Positions 1-8,663 of a stretch of DNA of 64,000 bases are shown here, in pieces. Within the stretch, counting starts at the first letter, position 1. Each line of letters begins with the position of its first letter. The position numbers were made by a program, and so were the translations under genes. Source of the DNA: an uncultured cyanobacterium (GTDB lineage Bacteria; Cyanobacteriota; Cyanobacteriia; CAKZMO01); NCBI GenBank assembly GCA_963719515.1, contig CAVRCJ010000010.1, positions 224,001 through 288,000 on the forward strand, in the 5' to 3' direction. The notes below the pieces were generated by a model that was given only the letters and a program-made list of their open reading frames with translations, had not been told where the DNA came from and did no database searches.

Positions 1-34
1 CAAAAAAACAATTTGTGAAACAACCCGGTACCCG

Positions 35-436
35 TCACTTGCCCGGTGCCGTCAGCTCCATGCGGATGCCGCCAGGAATATAGAACATCATGTGCTGCGC
101 CGGGCCGCCGCCCAGATTCTCAGGGGCAAACTCAATTTCCACGCCGGGCGTAGCCTTTAAGGTTTCGTACAGCGAATTGAGAGCGTCAACGCCGTCTACT
201 CTGAGGGCGAAATGGTGCAGGCCTACATTGGTTTTCCGATCGAAGGGGGTTGCGCTGTCGGGGTGGGCCGCTTGCCACAAAGTCAACATTCCAGTTCCAT
301 CCGACAGAAATACGGCGGGATAGTCTGGTTTTTCGCCGACCTGCTTAAATTCCAGGACGTTGATAAAAAAGTCGCGGGTTGAGGCCAGGTCAGGAACGGT
401 TAGTCCAATGTGATGCGGGCCTTGAGTTAATGCCAT
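35..436 (-). CDS. VOC/glyoxalase family protein
   Basis: HHIGLTVPDL and GLHHFALRV motifs plus C-terminal GIRMEL; start taken at ATG 436 (GGAGA upstream), ORF track extends to 451. Confidence 0.85.
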   Translation of the reverse strand: MALTQGPHHIGLTVPDLASTRDFFINVLEFKQVGEKPDYPAVFLSDGTGMLTLWQAAHPDSATPFDRKTNVGLHHFALRVDGVDALNSLYETLKATPGVEIEFAPENLGGGPAQHMMFYIPGGIRMELTAPGK

Positions 437-535
437 GGTTGAGGTCTCCATATAGATAGGACGGAGTTTTCAAACGTTTTGAAGGGACGTGACAGCGAAG
501 TAATCTACTGCAGCCCCACACCGACGTCGTCAGAA

Positions 536-1513
536 TTAAGGCGCTACAGCATCCCAGGTGCCGGTACGCTCCAAAAATGGTGAATACTCACCAAACTGAA
601 ACCGTAAGGGCAGACTCGCCGAGACCCGCTTCCAGTCGTCTACGCGAATGCGAATCAGCCGCTCCGCCCCCTGAAAGGCATCCACGTCCGGCCCATCCCA
701 AACAATGCTGGCCTGCCCCGTGAGGTAGAGTAAGTCACCACTATCGAAGTCGATGAAGGTTACCCCGGCCTTAGCGGTGAGCAAGATATTGCCCACCGTG
801 TTGTAGTAGAAATTCCCCGTAAAATCTGGAAATGCCAAGGTTCGGTCATGCTCAACTCGAACAAATCCAGGCTTGCCGCCCCGATGGGAGACGTCTGCCC
901 CCAAAGATGGGCTGTCGTCTCCAGGGGTATAGCTGGTGGCGATGAACAGGGTATCGGCCCCGGCAATTAGGCGACGAGCGTCATCGTCCAAGCAGTCACC
1001 CTGAGCAACTTCGCGCACCTGCTGCGGATGGTGAACGTCCGGCAAAATCTCGATGTCTCGGGTCTGGATGTATTGGGGGCAGTTGCCAAACGCCTGCGCA
1101 ATCGACACCGTGATACCGGCCTTGTCTATTGCGTCAACCCGCCCCGTTAGCCGATTGCGACGGCGATTGGCGGGCAAGATGCCCAGAATTCCTACCTCGG
1201 CACCAACCGCTAGATTCTCTGCGAAGGGAGAACCGAACAGGGGCTGCGTCGCGATGTGCAGCTGACGCGGGTCAGAAGTGATGAACCCAGGTGGGCCGGT
1301 GAGGATAGAGGCCCAAGGGCGACCTCGAGAATCGGTGGTGCCAACGATTAAGAAGGGCAGCAGGGCGTAAAACTCCCGGTGCTGCTCGGGTAGGTAGTCC
1401 CGAATGACCTTGCGGCCAAAGGCTTCCACTGTTTCCCGCACCCCCATGTGGGTCTGTACGGCTTGTTCTCCAGCGTGAAACGGGGATTCGGCATGGGTCC
1501 AACCTGGGTTCAT
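536..1513 (-). CDS. Pyridoxamine 5'-phosphate oxidase-like FMN-binding protein (two split-barrel repeats)
   Basis: SPFHAGE, RRRNRLTG, FGNCPQYIQ, DVSHRGGKPGFV and FPDFTGN motifs. Confidence 0.85.
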   Translation of the reverse strand: MNPGWTHAESPFHAGEQAVQTHMGVRETVEAFGRKVIRDYLPEQHREFYALLPFLIVGTTDSRGRPWASILTGPPGFITSDPRQLHIATQPLFGSPFAENLAVGAEVGILGILPANRRRNRLTGRVDAIDKAGITVSIAQAFGNCPQYIQTRDIEILPDVHHPQQVREVAQGDCLDDDARRLIAGADTLFIATSYTPGDDSPSLGADVSHRGGKPGFVRVEHDRTLAFPDFTGNFYYNTVGNILLTAKAGVTFIDFDSGDLLYLTGQASIVWDGPDVDAFQGAERLIRIRVDDWKRVSASLPLRFQFGEYSPFLERTGTWDAVAP

Positions 1514-1657
1514 GATGATTCCTCTGCTGGTGAAAAACTGAGTTGTATCCTTTCACGAGGATGATGGTCAGGTAAAGAAAGTACTTTGATGATGCAGCTA
1601 GCTATCTGAATACTCGAAGATGGGCGCATCTCTTTGCTCTACTAGCGCCGCGCTTAC

Positions 1658-1687
1658 ATCCTATCTATAGGTAGGTAAATCTGTCAA
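1658..1687 (-). promoter_or_regulatory. Sigma70-type promoter (TTGACA-N18-TAGGAT) overlapped by near-palindromic operator CCTATCTATAGGTAGG (1660-1675)
   Basis: Read directly; nearly identical arrangement upstream of tetR at 59169-59197. Confidence 0.7.
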
Positions 1688-2122
1688 GCATGGCGTTAGA
1701 CTGCGGAGGTCTGTGAGAGTGCTTAGCCGCGATGGCCCCCTGTCGAAAAGCGATCGCCGCCCTATAAGTTAAGGGACACAGCCGCGCTGCCTTCCTAGCT
1801 CAGCCGTCCCTTTAATATCTATCCAACATCGCTTTTCAAACATAGACGGATTCTTGGCAGGGCTCTACCGACGCCTACGGAGACTTAAGCTTTTTCTCAA
1901 AAAGCGTCACCTCTCCAGGAACCTATTGCTGATTTATACGTCTAATCACTTAGAGCTTCTGGTGTTTTTTGTTGCTGATAGCGCTTCAGTAATAGAGCGA
2001 CGGCACAATCTACGGGGTTCACGCTCAATCTATGCCGAGAGCTAACGGTTTTGCCGCTTGGCTAGATATGCGAAAGGGGATGCACGCCACTCATCAACAT
2101 ATCCATGTTTAAAGGAGAGGCC

Positions 2123-5100
2123 ATGGCCCTGATTACAGTAACCACCGCAGCGAATTCTGGCTCCGGTTCCTTGAGAGAAGCGATCGCCAGCGCCAGCAGC
2201 GGCGATACCGTTGCTTTTTCCTCCGAGCTTGCCAACAAAACCATTCGCCTTGACGAACAGCTCGTCATCGACAAGGACATCACCCTCGACGGGGCAGCCG
2301 CACCCAATCTCACTCTCAGCGGCGAGGACAAGACTCGAATCCTACACGTCGACTACAGCTACGTCGACGTCGTCGTCCGCAACCTCACCTTTGCCAACGG
2401 CCGCGCCGCCGACAGCGACCCCAACAAAACTCAACAGGGCGGGGCCATCGAGCTGCGGGGTCCCAACACCCTAGTCGTCGAAAACTCTCGCTTCATCAAC
2501 AACTCGGCTGAGCGGGGCGGCGCGATTCACGTCGGCTATGGCGCTAGCGCTACCGTCGTAGGTAGCGAGTTCGACGGCAACGATGGCTCTCTCGCCAACG
2601 ACGGCTTCAGCGCCGGGGCGATCTCCACCCAAGGCGGGGGCGAGGGGGCAAAAGTCGTCAATACCAATGGCGATCGCAACGTTGGCGGAGAGGCATTTCT
2701 CGACATTCGTGACTCCACCTTCACCAACAACAAGGGCTCCTACGGCGCAGTCTATACGCTACTGGGCGGACTGCGGGTAGAAGACTCTGTCTTCCGCAAC
2801 AATGAGGGCACCAGGGGAGCGGGCGCTATCTTCACCGATGGGGCTAACGGCACTGAGAGAGCTGATAACCTCGGCGGCACGACGCTCATCCGCAACGTCA
2901 TCGCCGAGAACAATACGGGCGGCGGTGACTACGGCGGTGCGTTTTTCCTCTACGGCTACTCCGGCGACAAGTACATCATTGAGAACACGCAGGTCATCGG
3001 CAACGAGGCGCGGCGGGGCGGCGGCATCGGGGTTCAGTCGGCCCGCGACGAAGACAACGGCGTCGAGCTAATCATTCGCGATTCTGTCATTGCAGACAAT
3101 ACGGCCTCCTCCCAGGGCGGCGGCCTCTGGACCGACGTCAAGGGCGGCGTCACTATCGAAGACTCTACCTTTGACGGCAACCGCGTTTCTACCTCTGATG
3201 GCAAAGGCGACATCGGCGGGGCGATCGTCCTCAATACTCCTGAGTCAGCCGAGTCAACAATTACCAACACAACCTTCACCGATAACTACGCCGATCGCCA
3301 GTCGGGCAACATCTGGATCGGGGGTAAAAATAAGGCGGAGAATCTCACTGTCGAGGACTCTAGTTTTGCGGGTAACCGCGCTGGCAGCAGAGATACCGAA
3401 AACACCGTCAACTTTGAGGTTAAAGACGGGGGAGGAAATATTGTTCAAGGTTCCACTGGTGTGGACGGCGGACTTCCCGGTGCGACGCTGGTAGAAGAGC
3501 TACAGCTTGAGCCTACTCCTAATTCTGATAGTGGTTCGGACAGCGATGGGGAAGATCTCGCTACAGATAGCCCCCCACCTGAAGAACCGGCGGGCCCTGA
3601 TCCCGTGGTGGAGCAGCCCAAGTCCGAGCCAACCATTGAAGCGGAGTTGCCTACCGTAGAAGAGCAGCCCGAGCCTGTTGCTGAAGAGCCCGTAGCTAAA
3701 GAGCAGCCTAAACCTGAGCCAACCATCGAAGCAGAGTTGCCTACCGTAGAAGAGCAGCCCGAGCCTGTTGCTGAAGAGCCCGCAGCTAAAGAGCAGCCTA
3801 AACCTGAGCCAACCATTGAAGCGGAGCCGCCTACCGTAGAAGAGCAGCCCGAGCCTATGGCTGAAGAGCCCGTAGCTAAAGAGCAGCCTAAACTTGAGCC
3901 AACCATCGAAGCGGAGTCGCCTACCGTAGAAGAGCAGCCCGAGCCTGTTGCTGAAGAGCCCGCAGCTAAAGAGCAGCCTAAACCTAAGCCCGAGCCAACC
4001 ATTGAAGCGGAGCCGCCTATCGCAGAAGAGCAGCCCGAGCCTATGGCTGAAGAGCCCGTAGCTAAAGAGCAGCCCAAACTTAAGCCCGAGCCAACCATCG
4101 AAGCGGAGCCGCCTACCGTAGAAGAGCAGCCTGAGCCTAAAATGCTTGAGGTTAACCCTGAGCTGGTTCTTGACGCTGAGGACCCTGCGCCAACCCCCGC
4201 GCCTGATCTTACAGATGAGCCAGAGCCGACCCTGAGTTCTCCGGACGTTGTAGACCCTCAGCCCGCAAATCCTCAACCCATAGCTCCGCAGCCCGCTCCA
4301 AACCCGCTTCCAACCGGGCAAAGCCCCACTTCAGAGCCCGAATCTCCAGAATCAATAGAGCCGATCCGTTTCGATGCGGAAGACCTTACCCTCAAAGGCT
4401 ACCGGCTGCGCAATGAGGGCAATAATCCTGATAACCGTATTGCTACGCTCAAAAGCGGGAACAGAATCGGTAAGGCGAAGGGCGTGTTTGACGGGCCAGC
4501 AGGGACCTACCAAATTAAGCTAGGCTACTTCGACGAGAGCGATGGACAGGGTTCCTTTAAGGTGAAGGTGGCCGGGAACTCAGAATTCTTCGAACTTGAT
4601 GAGGATTTACCCTCTAAGGCTCCTAACGCCCGCTCCAAAACGGAGCGCATTACCCATGAAGCCATCGATCTTGAGCCAGGCGATCGCTTTTTGATTCGAG
4701 GCAAGCGTGGCGGAAACGAATTTGCCCGCTTCGACTATATTGAGTTCAGCCCTGTAGAGGCAAATCCACAAGCTCCCCAAAGCTCCCCTAACTCAGCTTC
4801 ATACGCCGCTGGGGGACTTGTAGACCTGCGTAGCGTTGACTACGACGCCGACGGCATCCCTGATGAGCAGGTCTCACTTAGCCTTGGTGATATCACGAGC
4901 TTTGCCCGCTACGATAACTCCGGTGGCTTTTACCGAGCAGAGCGGCGCAGCGGCGCAGTCCGAGATCCTCTGACAGATGAGCTAGTTCGCCCTGGACAAA
5001 AGGGCTATGCGGAGGCGGCGCTGAAGCAGCGGGTGAGCGGGCTTTCGTTCCAGGCCGAGGATGGTCAAGTGAGCAGTAAGGTCGAGACCGGAGCATTTCT

Positions 5101-5338
5101 CGCCCCCTATCTGATCACCAACGGGACTGCGGAGACGTTTTTAGAGCAGAACCCGCGCAACGATCGCACTCCGGACAGGCTCAACGCCTACTTCGGTATG
5201 AGTGAGGCAAATCCAGACGGGCTCGACCACCTGAAATCTCCGGGGGGCGATCGGTTCGCCTTTGAAGATCTCTATGGGCTAGGGGACAAGAGCTTTGATG
5301 ACCTCTCCTTCACCGTAGATGTTGACGTGGCTATATGA
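2123..5338 (+). CDS. Large putative surface/secreted protein: Pmp-like beta-helix repeats, Pro/Glu-rich repeat stalk, beta-sandwich, C-terminal DUF4114-like domain
   Basis: N-terminal VTTAANSGSGSLREAI, repeated GGAI/FxxN motifs, C-terminal ANPDGLDH...FAFEDLYGLGDKSFDDL; AAGGAG before ATG 2123. Confidence 0.8.
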   Translation: MALITVTTAANSGSGSLREAIASASSGDTVAFSSELANKTIRLDEQLVIDKDITLDGAAAPNLTLSGEDKTRILHVDYSYVDVVVRNLTFANGRAADSDPNKTQQGGAIELRGPNTLVVENSRFINNSAERGGAIHVGYGASATVVGSEFDGNDGSLANDGFSAGAISTQGGGEGAKVVNTNGDRNVGGEAFLDIRDSTFTNNKGSYGAVYTLLGGLRVEDSVFRNNEGTRGAGAIFTDGANGTERADNLGGTTLIRNVIAENNTGGGDYGGAFFLYGYSGDKYIIENTQVIGNEARRGGGIGVQSARDEDNGVELIIRDSVIADNTASSQGGGLWTDVKGGVTIEDSTFDGNRVSTSDGKGDIGGAIVLNTPESAESTITNTTFTDNYADRQSGNIWIGGKNKAENLTVEDSSFAGNRAGSRDTENTVNFEVKDGGGNIVQGSTGVDGGLPGATLVEELQLEPTPNSDSGSDSDGEDLATDSPPPEEPAGPDPVVEQPKSEPTIEAELPTVEEQPEPVAEEPVAKEQPKPEPTIEAELPTVEEQPEPVAEEPAAKEQPKPEPTIEAEPPTVEEQPEPMAEEPVAKEQPKLEPTIEAESPTVEEQPEPVAEEPAAKEQPKPKPEPTIEAEPPIAEEQPEPMAEEPVAKEQPKLKPEPTIEAEPPTVEEQPEPKMLEVNPELVLDAEDPAPTPAPDLTDEPEPTLSSPDVVDPQPANPQPIAPQPAPNPLPTGQSPTSEPESPESIEPIRFDAEDLTLKGYRLRNEGNNPDNRIATLKSGNRIGKAKGVFDGPAGTYQIKLGYFDESDGQGSFKVKVAGNSEFFELDEDLPSKAPNARSKTERITHEAIDLEPGDRFLIRGKRGGNEFARFDYIEFSPVEANPQAPQSSPNSASYAAGGLVDLRSVDYDADGIPDEQVSLSLGDITSFARYDNSGGFYRAERRSGAVRDPLTDELVRPGQKGYAEAALKQRVSGLSFQAEDGQVSSKVETGAFLAPYLITNGTAETFLEQNPRNDRTPDRLNAYFGMSEANPDGLDHLKSPGGDRFAFEDLYGLGDKSFDDLSFTVDVDVAI
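3611..4139 (+). repeat. Intragenic tandem repeat, 90-bp (30-aa) unit, five full copies (the fifth 96 bp) plus a partial copy
   Basis: Units start at 3611, 3701, 3791, 3881, 3971 and 4067; consensus EQPKPEPTIEAExPTVEEQPEPxAEEPxAK. Confidence 0.95.
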
Positions 5339-5553
5339 CGGCTATTGCCGTCGGTTGCGGTCGAGATAGCCCATGACGACAATGTAGGATAAACCTGCAT
5401 CCCCTATAGCGCCGCATTAAAAAGCGCCATGTCCAAACCACCTTACACCCGCCAGACGCCGTCACCTTTAAAGCGGCGATCGCTGCCGATATTCCAGCCC
5501 TAAAGCAGCTGGCCCGCCTGTCTAAATCCACCTGGCAATACCCAGATAGCTAC

Positions 5554-5925
5554 ATGAACCGCTGGCGCTTTGACGAGACTATCGACGAAGCCATGATTTC
5601 TGCAGCAGTAGTCCGCTATGGACTGTTAGCCTCTGACCTAGCCTGTTTCTTTTGTCTCGACACTACCAGCCCGCCCGCCAAACTGCTTCACTTCTGGGTT
5701 CACCCAAATCAGCAGCGTAAAGGCGTCGGCAAATCCATGCTCAACGAAGTGGTTCAGGTCTTGAAGCGGTACAACCTAAGCAGCGCTGAAGTCGTCGCGG
5801 AGCCTAACGCCGCAGAGTTTTACCGGCGCAATGGGTGGCGCATAGTTGGCTCTTGGCACAACGATGACGTGGACCAAGACTTACCGGTAATGCGGCTCGA
5901 TGTCGCCGCTGCCGAAGAGAGCTGA
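5554..5925 (+). CDS. GNAT family N-acetyltransferase (true start uncertain; coding-like frame extends upstream)
   Basis: HFWVHPNQQRKGVGK acetyl-CoA motif and AEPNAAEFYRRNGW; upstream in-frame ADIPALKQLARLSKSTWQYP looks like the normal N-terminus. Confidence 0.75.
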   Translation: MNRWRFDETIDEAMISAAVVRYGLLASDLACFFCLDTTSPPAKLLHFWVHPNQQRKGVGKSMLNEVVQVLKRYNLSSAEVVAEPNAAEFYRRNGWRIVGSWHNDDVDQDLPVMRLDVAAAEES

Positions 5926-5999
5926 CCGAGATACCGATGGACGCGGTTAGGCAGTAGACTCATGGCTGTGCAGCGCGAGCGCTCATGGCTCTAGCTTGC

Positions 6000-7073
6000 T
6001 CAATTCGTCAAAGCCCCCACGAATTCCTTTTTGATGAAAGGTGAGGTCATCGTCGAGAGCAGGCTACCGTAATCGAGGTCGAAGCCGACTTCATCCCCAA
6101 CCCCAAAGTTGCGGCTCTTGCTGTCGACAATCGTGTGATCGCTACTCGATCCCAATATCTCCACCGCGCTATCAGACCTCAAACCAGAGACCAGCGTATC
6201 CTGTTTCCCTAAAGCAAGAATAGCCCTTTGATGAGTGCCTCGATCTCGAACATTGGGAATATTCCCGAATGCATCCTGGCAGACCTCTCCAAACGGTAGA
6301 GAGGGCTTTATCTTCGACTCAATCACTTCAGCAAAAAGCTGAAAGGCCTGCTTGTGTAACCCCGGAATCCTCTTTCGGTTTAAGGTTTCGCAGCCCAAAA
6401 GAATGGATTCCCCAATGCGAAGATTATTGATTCTGCCGACGTCTCGGGACGCCTTGTACCACTCGTAGTTCGCCGAGTTTCCGCCAGAGACCAGCTCCAG
6501 CTTAAGCTGAAACTTCTTTTCTAAGCTGTTGACCTGCTCCGACAGCTCGCGCATGTTTCTATCGTCGGGCTTAATGCCGCCGTGGCAGGCCAAATTGCAG
6601 CCAATTCCAGCGATTTTGATGTGAGACAAAGACAGCGTTTCTTCAACAAACTGAGCCAGATCGCAAGGTAGAATTCCTTCACGACGATCGCCCAGCTCCA
6701 CCATAATAATTACCTGGTGGCGCTTGTTGTGAATCTGGGCGTAGTGAGAGAGCACCCTCAGCGTTTCAATCTCAGAGTTAAGGCTGATATCTACCGCCTT
6801 AACGATAGATTCCGCCTGACGCATGGGCGTACGCAGCAGCACAAACTGAGCCGATATCCCGGCGGTTTTCATCCTCTGAATATTCTCAAGGCGAGAATCA
6901 GCGATAAACTTGACCCCACCTCGGAGCATGGCCTGGGCAATAGCGGGCTCTCCAAGAACAGCCTTAGAAACGCCCATGATGGAAATACCCTGCTGCCCAT
7001 AGAGGTCACAGACCATCCGGGCGTTGTCCTGAATTTGGGATAGATTGATTTCTATCCGTGGCAGGAATTCCAT
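6000..7073 (-). CDS. PLP-dependent alanine/ornithine racemase family protein (Orr/YhfX-like)
   Basis: GVSKA (PLP lysine), ADSRLENI, MVELGDRREG, GCNLAC, SGGNSA, NLRIGE, GSSSDH. Confidence 0.85.
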   Translation of the reverse strand: MEFLPRIEINLSQIQDNARMVCDLYGQQGISIMGVSKAVLGEPAIAQAMLRGGVKFIADSRLENIQRMKTAGISAQFVLLRTPMRQAESIVKAVDISLNSEIETLRVLSHYAQIHNKRHQVIIMVELGDRREGILPCDLAQFVEETLSLSHIKIAGIGCNLACHGGIKPDDRNMRELSEQVNSLEKKFQLKLELVSGGNSANYEWYKASRDVGRINNLRIGESILLGCETLNRKRIPGLHKQAFQLFAEVIESKIKPSLPFGEVCQDAFGNIPNVRDRGTHQRAILALGKQDTLVSGLRSDSAVEILGSSSDHTIVDSKSRNFGVGDEVGFDLDYGSLLSTMTSPFIKKEFVGALTN

Positions 7074-7096
7074 TAGGTTTTGTTAGACAGCGATGT

Positions 7097-8218
7097 CTAC
7101 CTCGTGACCAAGACGGGAAGAGACGATAACGCCTCCTGCGGCTTGATTTTTTGCTTGAGTGTGGGGAAATTATCGCCTAAGGCCTGGAGCAGCTTTTCGC
7201 AGCCGTGACTCAACACGTCTGTAGTGGGCAGGCCAAACTGCCGCTCATAGCGGACGATGGTGGCCAAGACGTCTCTCTGGGTCATGTCTTCGTGGCTAAG
7301 GGCGATCGCCACCACCTGGGCTGAAGAGATGGCCTCAATTAGCTCAATTTCGCTCTCGACTGCTGGCATAACTAGGTTAGGAAAATCGCACCGGACCCGG
7401 CGGGCCGGCGGGTGCTGGAGGATGACCGCATCCGCCATGCTGCCCTTCAAAATGCCGACGGAACTCATGAAGGCGGGGTGGCTGACGGCGCTCTGTCCCT
7501 CAACCAAAATGACGTCCGGGCGCTCTTGCTCAAAAGCCTGAACCACGGCGTGCTCTATCTCGCCAATCACAAATTGCGAAATCAATGCATCAATAGAGAC
7601 GCCATACCGCGCCCCCTGCATCAGGTTGGTTTGGCCCGTCGCCACCAGTACTGACTTAACGCCGAGGTCATTCAGAGCTCTGTTCAGCTCCACTGCCGTC
7701 GTCATCTTGCCGCAGGCGCAGTCTGTCCCCAGCATGGCGATGACGGGAACGCTGACGTTGGCGATCCGCCCTGTAAAGGTGTGCAGGTCTTTTAGGGGCG
7801 GAGATTTTCTAATGTCTCTAATTTGAACATTGTTTTGGTTAGCGGCTTCGGCAAATTCTGGGTCTTCAGAAAAGAACTGATGGAGGCCGTTGACGATGTC
7901 CATTCCATGGGCGATCGCCTCCAAAATTAGCAGTCTCTCTTGATCTGCAATGCAGGCTTCTAGAGGAGCCTTGCCGTAGATGTAGCAGTCTGGGGTCGCT
8001 GGCAGATGGCTCAATGCATCAGCTAAATCAGCAAAGATAGGGATGCCGCTCCCTTCGCCTAGCTCTTCTTTGGCATCTTTGCCTGCCAAGGCGCTGTCGA
8101 TGACGCCAACAATGGTATAAATCTCAGAATGGCGCACCAGAGCCGCAGCCGTTTTCCCGTCTACTAAGCCAAATTGATCTTGGCAGTAGACGAGGGCCGT
8201 TTGTTTTTCAATTTTCAT
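7097..8218 (-). CDS. DUF1611 family protein (DgcN-like putative amino-acid N-acetyltransferase)
   Basis: DGKTA, IVNGLH, GTDCACGKMTT, ATGQT and VEGQSAVSHPA motifs. Confidence 0.85.
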   Translation of the reverse strand: MKIEKQTALVYCQDQFGLVDGKTAAALVRHSEIYTIVGVIDSALAGKDAKEELGEGSGIPIFADLADALSHLPATPDCYIYGKAPLEACIADQERLLILEAIAHGMDIVNGLHQFFSEDPEFAEAANQNNVQIRDIRKSPPLKDLHTFTGRIANVSVPVIAMLGTDCACGKMTTAVELNRALNDLGVKSVLVATGQTNLMQGARYGVSIDALISQFVIGEIEHAVVQAFEQERPDVILVEGQSAVSHPAFMSSVGILKGSMADAVILQHPPARRVRCDFPNLVMPAVESEIELIEAISSAQVVAIALSHEDMTQRDVLATIVRYERQFGLPTTDVLSHGCEKLLQALGDNFPTLKQKIKPQEALSSLPVLVTR

Positions 8219-8340
8219 TAGATTAGAGTTGTTTGGCTTGACCCTTGAGGTGTCAGGTTGTTTGGTTTTGCAGCGAAAACATCAAGCCTTGATTGAGTTT
8301 CGGTTTGAACACTCGTACTAACCTTAATCGCTTCTGAATT

Positions 8341-8354
8341 GTAACATAGATTAC
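8341..8354. promoter_or_regulatory. Candidate NtcA box GTA-N8-TAC (GTAACATAGATTAC) upstream of the DUF1611 operon
   Basis: Exact GTA-N8-TAC in an AT-rich upstream region; nearest TAnnnT (8326-8321, minus strand) is not at the canonical activator spacing. Confidence 0.45.
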
Positions 8355-8409
8355 TTTTTAGGGCCGCGAGGCCAACTTTGCCTATGGCCGCATCGGCTTC
8401 CCAGAGCAG

Positions 8410-8577
8410 ATGCCCGAAGACGGCGACATCCTGAAGCTGATTGCCGTAGGCAGTCCGCGGGCCGTGAATATCTGCCGCCACCACCTGCATCAGCTGGGCT
8501 ACGCGGAACCGAAGAAGTGGAGCACGCCCCTGCCCGCCGCTAACCCCGGCAAGGTGACGCGCATCCTCACTAAGTAG
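8410..8577 (+). CDS. Small cyanobacterial hypothetical protein (55 aa), possibly a truncated remnant; not in the ORF track
   Basis: Manual translation MPEDGDILKLIAVGSPRAVNICRHHLHQLGYAEPKKWSTPLPAANPGKVTRILTK; the GSP...LHxLGYAE...WS.PLP...PG pattern is recalled from small cyanobacterial hypotheticals. Confidence 0.55.
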   Translation: MPEDGDILKLIAVGSPRAVNICRHHLHQLGYAEPKKWSTPLPAANPGKVTRILTK

Positions 8578-8663
8578 CTGCCGCCCGCCACCGATCGCTA
8601 GGCCTGCTGAAAATGTACGGGCGGCTAGCTAGTCGCCCCTATCGCGATCGCCATCCTTCGATT

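Noticed and set aside
1700..2100. Possible riboswitch in the long leader of the surface-protein gene
   Set aside because: No consensus of a known riboswitch recognisable by eye; an Rfam/Infernal scan would be needed
3445..4321. Long minus-strand repetitive ORFs (217 aa Ser/Gly/Cys-rich; 273 aa Leu/Arg/Phe-rich)
   Set aside because: Antisense shadows of the stop-free 90-bp repeat in the plus-strand gene
8218..8490. 90-aa minus-strand ORF abutting DUF1611
   Set aside because: No recognisable features; spans the AT-rich promoter region and overlaps a better-supported plus-strand ORF
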